Assembly: GCA_963977445.1 (NCBI GenBank)
Contig: CAXBPH010000161.1
Location: 1 to 15,612, forward strand
DNA: 15,612 bases
Reading direction: 5' to 3'
From: an uncultured bacterium
Lineage (GTDB): Bacteria > Hydrogenedentota > Hydrogenedentia > Hydrogenedentales > JAEUWI01
Shown: positions 1 to 6,051 of the stretch, piece after piece
Position numbering within the stretch: the first letter of the stretch is position 1
Layout of the letters: each line of letters opens with the position of its first letter
Notes under the pieces: generated by a model
What the model saw: the letters and a program-made list of their open reading frames with translations, nothing else
Database searches by the model: none
What the model was told of the DNA's origin: nothing
Program-made: the position numbers and the translations under genes

Positions 1-12
1 GGCACGTTGTTT

Positions 13-47
13 TTACGTCTTCGACGTAATGCAGGCGAGCCGCCTGC
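13..47. repeat. Two adjacent short palindromes: TTACGTC-TTC-GACGTAA (13-29) and REP-like GCAGGC-GAGCC-GCCTGC (31-47)
   Basis: Perfect 7-bp and 6-bp inverted repeats read directly. The second is followed by GCTCCCAAG (minus strand TTGGGAGCGCAGGCGGCTCGCCTGC), the layout of a REP-type extragenic palindrome. Confidence 0.6.
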
Positions 48-124
48 GCTCCCAAGCTCGCGTTTTCGAAGCTGGCAGCCGATTGTCTTGGAAAATCTCC
101 GAGATGAATCTTCGCTTATTTAGA
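40..124 (+). repeat. 85-bp direct repeat, copy 1
   Basis: Manual alignment to 12308-12392 gives 79/85 identities with no gaps (mismatches at 44, 58, 60, 65, 94, 97). Identity ends abruptly after ...CTTCGCTTATTTAGA. Confidence 0.95.
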
Positions 125-229
125 CCCTGCTGATCGGTTAGTGCGATTCCAAGAGTGCTGTATATTTCGAAGGCTGCAAGGCGGCCGCGCGCCTGCGGTT
201 GGGGGATTGATGGCGGCAACTTTCCGTGC

Positions 230-1312
230 TCACTCCGCCCCGGCGAAGAGCCGCTGCAGGTCCGTCATAGCGGGATCGGGCATGGTCTCGTAGAGCACCG
301 GATTGTACACCAGACTGACGGGCCCCACACGCTCGCCCCGATACCAGTCGTAGAGCCATTCCGTGCCTTCCGAGCATACTTCCCGGACGGGGAGGAACAG
401 GTGAGCGGCCGCCTCGGAAAGAACGGTCGCCGCCGGGCTGTAGGTCCATACGACGGCTTCCACATCTTTACCCAGCTGTTTCCCCGCGCGTCGGGCCCCA
501 TCACGGAGGCTCTCGGCATTTTCCAGGCCGCTTGCGTCCACCAGGGCCGTCACTTCGGGCGGCACCATAAGGCGGTGCACAATACTCGTGTTTCTGGCAA
601 CGGTAAAACTACCTGCTTGAAACAAGCTATCAAGGGGTTTTATGCCGGCCTCTTCCAGGGCCCGCAAGTAGCCCCGTCGCCGATCGATGCCGGGTTGATA
701 GCCTGTAAAGCCGCCGAGCATGGCGATAGACCGGTGTCCGCGGTCCAGCAGGAACTTGGTGCTCATGTAGGCACCTTCCTCGTAATCTACCGCCGCGCTG
801 CTACACTCGGGAAAACTGTCCAGCCGTCCAAGGGCAAGATAGGGAATTCCCGATTCGTGAATACGCCGGAGCGTGGTGTCGTTTCCATTCAAAGGGCCCA
901 GCACGACACAGGCGGACATCAAGTTTTCCCAGACGCAACGGGCATAGTCACCCTGGGAAGAATCCGCCTGGGGGTTTATATCGAAGCATAGCCGCTCGCC
1001 ACGGGCCCCGAAGATGCGACACATTTCCCCGAAGAGCCAGTTTAGGAAGCGATTGGTCGCGGGGAGCACATCGGGCGGGGCGGATTGTATGATTCCGACG
1101 CACCCCTTTTTGGTGCCCTGCAGCGCCCGGGATCCACTTTGCGGCTGATACCCGAGCCGGTCAATGACCTCGAAAATGCGCGACCGCGTCCCAGCGCCGA
1201 CGCCGGGCTTGTCATTGACCGCCAGACTGACTGCGTTGAGGGATACGTCGGCTTCCTTCGCCACATCACGCATGGTCGGCAGTTTCTTTTTTGAGGATGC
1301 CTTGTCACTCAT
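230..1312 (-). CDS. LacI/GalR-family transcriptional regulator
   Basis: N-terminal HTH TMRDVAKEADVSLNAVSLAVN, hinge GYQPQSGSRAL, and periplasmic-binding-fold motifs (VDYEEGAYMSTKFLLDRGHRSIA; RRRGYLRALEEAG). Start placed at ATG 1312 (MSDKASS) with AGGAG at 1326-1330, rather than 1369. Confidence 0.93.
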   Translation of the reverse strand: MSDKASSKKKLPTMRDVAKEADVSLNAVSLAVNDKPGVGAGTRSRIFEVIDRLGYQPQSGSRALQGTKKGCVGIIQSAPPDVLPATNRFLNWLFGEMCRIFGARGERLCFDINPQADSSQGDYARCVWENLMSACVVLGPLNGNDTTLRRIHESGIPYLALGRLDSFPECSSAAVDYEEGAYMSTKFLLDRGHRSIAMLGGFTGYQPGIDRRRGYLRALEEAGIKPLDSLFQAGSFTVARNTSIVHRLMVPPEVTALVDASGLENAESLRDGARRAGKQLGKDVEAVVWTYSPAATVLSEAAAHLFLPVREVCSEGTEWLYDWYRGERVGPVSLVYNPVLYETMPDPAMTDLQRLFAGAE

Positions 1313-1471
1313 TGTGCGTAAACCACTCCTATATAGGAACTTCGAGCTGGATATGTGGTCCCCCTGCACGAAATCTCAACTATTTCGTTACTAAATCATT
1401 GCAAATGTACCGAAAAGTAAATTTTGGCTGCACACTTCCTGCTAAAGGCCTTTTATTCATGGTTATTTGCA

Positions 1472-1571
1472 ACTTGACAGAACTTGAATTCAATTAAGTG
1501 TAGGGCAAAAGCCATAAAAGTTCAAGTAAAAAACTACTTGACATATTTTATATTCAAGTGTAGCGTAAAAG
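1472..1571. promoter_or_regulatory. AT-rich divergent control region with repeated ACTTGA/TCAAGT half-sites (candidate operator array)
   Basis: ACTTGA at 1472, 1482 and 1536; TCAAGT at 1522 and 1554; palindrome TTGAATTCAA at 1484-1493; inverted pair TCAAGTA-N6-TACTTGA at 1522-1541. Confidence 0.5.
1538..1566 (+). promoter_or_regulatory. Sigma70-type promoter for the DUF1559 gene
   Basis: Perfect TTGACA (1538-1543), 17-bp spacer, then TAGCGT (1561-1566; fits TAnnnT). Confidence 0.65.
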
Positions 1572-1745
1572 AGGCAGTGGGAAATACACCCCCAAAAAAT
1601 TCATTTCTGTTGTACGGCATCGAACAGAAAGGAGAGAGCGAAAACGCCGTAGTGTTAGTTCCGGAATGCCCAGTGCGGACATTACTTTCCATTCATTTGC
1701 TATTGAGACGGGCGCTATGCGACGCCAAAAACATAGGAAAAAGCC

Positions 1746-2735
1746 ATGATAAAAAAACGACAAGGTTTTACGCTGATAGAATTACTGGTGGTAATAGCCA
1801 TCATCGGCATATTGGCAGCCATTCTGCTCCCAGCCCTGGCTCGGGCGCGGGAAGCTGCGCGGCGGTCAAGCTGCCAGAACAACCTGAAGCAAATGGGCCT
1901 CGTATTCGCCATGTACAGCAACGAGTCTCGTGGCGAACTGTATCCGCCCAACCACCGCTGGGACGAAAACAGAAACGGCACCTTGCCGAACGGTCACCCA
2001 ACCCAGGATTTCACACTTGGAGCATGCGAGAGAAAATATTCCTCCAAGTTCCAGCAGTGTCCTGATGGTCCCTCGATATATCCCGAATATATGACCGATC
2101 TGATGATTTGGGCGTGCCCATCGGACACGGACGGGCAACACTTTTCGAACGAAGATGCACGTTTCAATATCTACAACGATCCCTCGCAAGGTCGGGATCC
2201 CTGTGACTTTGAGAACAAATCCTATTTGTACTTCAATCAGTTCTGGTCCGATGATATCGTCTTTGAAAACGGCACGACGGGCGCGGAGAGCGCCTCCTTT
2301 GATCCGACTGCCGGTGCTGATGGTACGGCCAATGGCTACGCCACCGGCTTTAGAACGGCCTTTGCGAATTTTGTCCGAGATAGAATACAGATTGGTTGGG
2401 GCACGAACAGTGACCCTGGTTTCATTAACGAGACCATTGCAGGCTCCATGCTTCTCAGGCAGGGTATGGAACGCTTCATGATCACGGACATCAACAATGC
2501 GGCTAGCAGCGCAAAGGGTGCCAGTAATATCTGGGTCATGTGGGATGACGCTGCCAAGGAAGATGGCACGCGGAATTTTAACCACGTACCCGGTGGTGGC
2601 AACGTGTTGTATCACGATGGCCATGTCGAGTTCCTGAAATACCCCAGCCAATCACCCATGTCCGTGGGCTATGCTTGGTTTCAGGGAAATCTGAGCAGCA
2701 AGGCTAGTGATAGTCCTCCCGGATTCTTGTACTAG
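1746..2735 (+). CDS. Prepilin-type N-terminal cleavage/methylation domain protein, DUF1559 family, with C-terminal H-X9-DG-type motif
   Basis: Class III signal [51 protein letters not shown]-terminal [26 protein letters not shown] just upstream of the ATG. Confidence 0.93.
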   Translation: MIKKRQGFTLIELLVVIAIIGILAAILLPALARAREAARRSSCQNNLKQMGLVFAMYSNESRGELYPPNHRWDENRNGTLPNGHPTQDFTLGACERKYSSKFQQCPDGPSIYPEYMTDLMIWACPSDTDGQHFSNEDARFNIYNDPSQGRDPCDFENKSYLYFNQFWSDDIVFENGTTGAESASFDPTAGADGTANGYATGFRTAFANFVRDRIQIGWGTNSDPGFINETIAGSMLLRQGMERFMITDINNAASSAKGASNIWVMWDDAAKEDGTRNFNHVPGGGNVLYHDGHVEFLKYPSQSPMSVGYAWFQGNLSSKASDSPPGFLY

Positions 2736-2770
2736 TCCGCGGGACGAGACCTCCTGAATTATAGTCAGCC

Positions 2771-2815
2771 AAAAAAAATGGAGGGTGCCTGTTCAGGCAC
2801 TCTCCAGTCTTTATT
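2771..2815. terminator. Intrinsic, probably bidirectional terminator after the DUF1559 gene
   Basis: 12-bp stem TGGAGGGTGCCT / AGGCACTCTCCA (one G-U pair, loop GTTC, 2779-2806), preceded by A8 and followed by GTCTTTATT. Confidence 0.75.
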
Positions 2816-2868
2816 CCGCCGTGTATGGGCAATCGCCATTCAATCCCACCCAGCAAGGAACACACTTC

Positions 2869-4899
2869 ATGCGCCGACGATACGCAGCTACCTTACTCGT
2901 GGCATTTTCCATTGCCCTCACCGTTGTGGTCAACGCCGCGCCAGGAACGTTGTATCGTGGCCCTTACCTTCAAAACGCCACGCCGACCTCGGTGGTTGTG
3001 GTGTGGCGCACCGAGGGTGCCACGGCGCCCATCCTTCACTATGGCTCCAAACCCGACGGTCTGAACAAGACCGTGGCGGGTTCCGCAATAACCTTGCGTG
3101 TATCCGGTGATGTCGATGCGCCCGATACGGTACCGCGACTTTATAAAGAGTCTGCTGAGGCTGCGGCAAAGCGACGTGGTGGCGACCACGATCCGTCGAC
3201 CGCCGCCAATACCTACCAGTATGAAGCCCTCGTATCGGGGCTTCCGAATGATTCCAAGTTTTTCTACGCCATCTATGATGGCGACCGGAAGCTCGCCGGA
3301 GGGGACCCGGACCACTATTTCGTCACCCAACGTCCCGCCGGCGCAAAGACCGACATGCGGGTTTGGGTTCTGGGTGACTCCGGCAAGGGCAGCAACGACC
3401 AGATAATGGTCTACGACGCCATCGGAGACTATGCGAAAAAGACCAAGCGCCCCATCGATCACTTCATTCATGTGGGCGACATGGCCTACGACGACGGCAC
3501 AGATTGGGAGTTTCAAAAGCGCTTTTTCGAACCCTACCAAGCCATGTTGCGCAATACCGTCGTCTGGCCCTCCCTGGGCAATCACGAGGGCGTTACTTCC
3601 CAGGGTATTTCGGGTTCTGGTCCCTATTTCGACGCCTACGTGGTGCCCATCTCTGGAGAGGCCGGCGGTGCACCGTCTGGCACGGAAGCCTACTATTCCT
3701 TCGATATTTCCGAAGTCCATTTCATCTGCATGGACTCCCACGACCTGGACCGGAAACCCGACGGTGCCATGGCCCAATGGCTCCGGGCCGACCTGGAGCA
3801 GGCAACCGCGAAGTGGCTCATTGCCTTCTGGCACCATCCGCCGTACAGCAAGGGTACCCATGACAGTGATACGGAACATCGCGAAATAGAAATGCGGGAA
3901 TCCTTCATGCCGATCCTGGAATCGGCGGGCGTGGACATCACCCTGACCGGTCACTCCCATATCTACGAGCGCAGCATGCTCATGGACGGTGCCTACGCCA
4001 CGCCAACCGTGGCGGATGGGGTTATCCTTGATGATGGTGACGGGAATCCCCAGGGCGACGGTGCCTACGAAAAGAGCGAAGGCCTGAACCCCAATGAAGG
4101 TTCCGTGAACATCGTCGCGGGCCACGGCGGGACCACCAACGGGCGTATGGGCACCATGCCCGTGATGCGAGAAATACTCATAGAACATGGCTCCGTGATG
4201 CTGGACATCGAAAAGGATACCCTCACGGGCGTCATGGTCGACAAGTTTGGCGCCTCGCGCGATCTCTTCAGCATTGTGAAGCGGGGCACGGTCAAGCCGA
4301 CCCGGGTAGAAAACCCCTGGCAGCCACGGGACGATATTTCTCTCTTGACGCGCCTTACCTTTGACTTCGCCGACGATGTCGTGGGAGAGGCCCCCAGGCA
4401 TTGGCGGGTCGCTAGTGGTAAACAGACGGGGATGACGGTTGGGAGTACGACGGACGGCAAGGGCCGCTATATGCGGGCGCAGGCGACCGGCGAAGCGCTG
4501 CTGGGCGTCTATGATAAGGGGAAGACCACCGGATTTCAGTATGAAGCTTACCTTAATTTTTCGGATGCGTCGGCCGGGGCGGCCGGGTGCGTCTTTGGCT
4601 ACGTCGACGACAAGAATTATTGGCGAACGGTGGTGGACGGGGGCGCGGGCGTGATTCGGGCGAGCCGAATCAGCGATGGCATAGAAACCGTACTCCTGGA
4701 GAAGCCCATCGAAGTCGAGCGTGGCAAGACACTCAAGCTTAAGCTGGTGGGGTCGGATGAGAAGGTCGTGGTAGAACTCTCCGGGAACGATGCCTTTGAA
4801 TTTGCGCCCGGTGCATCCCTGCCGAAGGGCCATCTCGGATTCTACGTTCCTGCAAATAGTGGCGTAGAATTCGGCTCCTTCAGGTTCAGGTTGTTTTAG
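2869..4899 (+). CDS. Secreted purple-acid-phosphatase-like metallophosphoesterase (FN3-like N-terminal domain, calcineurin-like core, C-terminal concanavalin/DUF1080-like beta domain)
   Basis: Metal-binding motifs LGDSG, HVGDMAY, GNHE, WHHPPY and TGHSHIYER; RGPYLQ...VVWRT FN3-type start; Sec signal MRRRYAATLLVAFSIALTVVVNA. Start placed at ATG 2869 with AAGGAA at 2855-2860, because the longer 2785 start overlaps the terminator. Confidence 0.9.
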   Translation: MRRRYAATLLVAFSIALTVVVNAAPGTLYRGPYLQNATPTSVVVVWRTEGATAPILHYGSKPDGLNKTVAGSAITLRVSGDVDAPDTVPRLYKESAEAAAKRRGGDHDPSTAANTYQYEALVSGLPNDSKFFYAIYDGDRKLAGGDPDHYFVTQRPAGAKTDMRVWVLGDSGKGSNDQIMVYDAIGDYAKKTKRPIDHFIHVGDMAYDDGTDWEFQKRFFEPYQAMLRNTVVWPSLGNHEGVTSQGISGSGPYFDAYVVPISGEAGGAPSGTEAYYSFDISEVHFICMDSHDLDRKPDGAMAQWLRADLEQATAKWLIAFWHHPPYSKGTHDSDTEHREIEMRESFMPILESAGVDITLTGHSHIYERSMLMDGAYATPTVADGVILDDGDGNPQGDGAYEKSEGLNPNEGSVNIVAGHGGTTNGRMGTMPVMREILIEHGSVMLDIEKDTLTGVMVDKFGASRDLFSIVKRGTVKPTRVENPWQPRDDISLLTRLTFDFADDVVGEAPRHWRVASGKQTGMTVGSTTDGKGRYMRAQATGEALLGVYDKGKTTGFQYEAYLNFSDASAGAAGCVFGYVDDKNYWRTVVDGGAGVIRASRISDGIETVLLEKPIEVERGKTLKLKLVGSDEKVVVELSGNDAFEFAPGASLPKGHLGFYVPANSGVEFGSFRFRLF

Positions 4900-4905
4900 C
4901 GCGCA

Positions 4906-5841
4906 ATGACTACCTGGATGCTACGCTTTTGTACGTTGTTGGCTATGGCGACCATGGCCCTGTCGACTTCCGCCCATGACAATCCCGGCGATGTGGTTCA
5001 CGCGCTCACACACCGCATCGAAACGGATGGGCCTACGGCGCGTATTCTGGCGGCACGGGCCTTTGAGTATACCTTCCTCCGCCAATGGGACCAGGCCGTG
5101 TCGGATTTTGACGCGGCGCTCGAATTGCAGCCGAGCTATGGTGTCGCTCTGACGGGCTTGGCGCAGGCCTTGTCGCACCAGGAGAATTTCAGTCGGGCTG
5201 AGGCCGTGGCGAAGCGGGGCCTGGAGCTGGATATTGACCCTGCCCGGCAAGCACCTTTCTGGGCGGCCCTTGCAGAGATTCATACCGTACAAGCGGACTG
5301 GTCGCCCGCGCTGTACGCCTGGCGGCAAGCGTTGAAGTCCCCCCGCCCGGAAGTTGACTGGTATCTCAGCGAGGCGGACTGTCTTGCTCACCTCGACCGC
5401 TACACCGAGCGGGTTTCCGCGCTCGCCGAAGCAACTACCCGCAATCCCAGTGTCGTTCTCCATCGCAGTTGGATTCGGGCCCTGGTTGATGCGGGGGCGC
5501 TGGACGACGCCTCCCGGGAAATAGAGTTGGGATTAGCGGGTGCCCGGTGGAAGAGTTCCTGGCTTTTGCTTCGGGCACGCGTCCATGCCCAGCGTCAGGA
5601 GCGCGCCCAACAAGAATCCGATGCCGAAGCCGCTCTGGCAGAAATTCGACAGCGCTGGAACCCGAAACAAAGCGACCAGGACCCGATTCTCGTGGCCGAC
5701 GCCGGACTGGCGTTCGCCCTGCTCGGGCAAGACACGGTGGCACGGGAACTTATGGACAAAGCACGCGCGCAAGGCGTTTCGGAATCACACCTTACCGATT
5801 TGGAGCAATTGATTGGGGAGGCGTCGCTCGCTACACCGTAG
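4906..5841 (+). CDS. Exported tetratricopeptide-repeat protein
   Basis: Signal peptide MTTWMLRFCTLLAMATMALSTSA; TPR-like helices (QWDQAVSDFDAALELQPSYGVALTGLAQAL; NFSRAEAVAKRGLEL). Starts 6 nt after the phosphatase stop. Confidence 0.8.
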   Translation: MTTWMLRFCTLLAMATMALSTSAHDNPGDVVHALTHRIETDGPTARILAARAFEYTFLRQWDQAVSDFDAALELQPSYGVALTGLAQALSHQENFSRAEAVAKRGLELDIDPARQAPFWAALAEIHTVQADWSPALYAWRQALKSPRPEVDWYLSEADCLAHLDRYTERVSALAEATTRNPSVVLHRSWIRALVDAGALDDASREIELGLAGARWKSSWLLLRARVHAQRQERAQQESDAEAALAEIRQRWNPKQSDQDPILVADAGLAFALLGQDTVARELMDKARAQGVSESHLTDLEQLIGEASLATP

Positions 5842-5982
5842 CGTCCTCGGGAGACTGTCTTGAATGGCCTTGGGCAACGGTGGACTCCGTTCGCGTGCAG
5901 TCACATCACCCACCTGTGGTTCACTTCTTTCCGGACAGTCCATACGTCAGTGCCAAACGAAATTGTCCCGAAGCTCCGCCGG

Positions 5983-6013
5983 TTGCACATCCTTCCCGTT
6001 CTCGGAGTATCAT
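5983..6013 (+). promoter_or_regulatory. Possible sigma70 promoter for the PSD1/DUF1501 operon
   Basis: TTGCAC (5983-5988) and TATCAT (6008-6013); the 19-bp spacer is suboptimal. AGGAG RBS at 6038-6042. Confidence 0.3.
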
Positions 6014-6051
6014 GGGGGGGACGCTCGTGGAACCTGTAGGAGAGCAACGCC

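Noticed and set aside
2..29. Short words (GCACGTTG, TTCGACGT, TTACGTC) shared between the window start and 10469-10600
   Set aside because: Matches of 7-8 bp in a different order are compatible with chance, so a common origin cannot be supported.
13..219. 68-aa minus-strand ORF ending ...WERRRLACITSKT
   Set aside because: It is a translation of the repeat/REP element, with no recognisable protein features.
155..991. 278-aa plus-strand ORF
   Set aside because: Antisense shadow of the LacI gene; no motifs.
1484..2065. 193-aa plus-strand ORF with TTG start
   Set aside because: It runs through the promoter region and overlaps the DUF1559 gene out of frame, with no RBS or domain signal.
2893..4833. 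646-aa minus-strand ORF
   Set aside because: It lies entirely antisense to the phosphoesterase. Long shadow ORFs are expected from GC-rich codon bias, and it has no motifs.
4870..4899. C-terminal alternating ...FGSFRFRLF resembling an outer-membrane beta-signal
   Set aside because: The domain is short and patterned like a soluble ConA-type sandwich whose last strand alternates naturally; there is no evidence of a beta-barrel.
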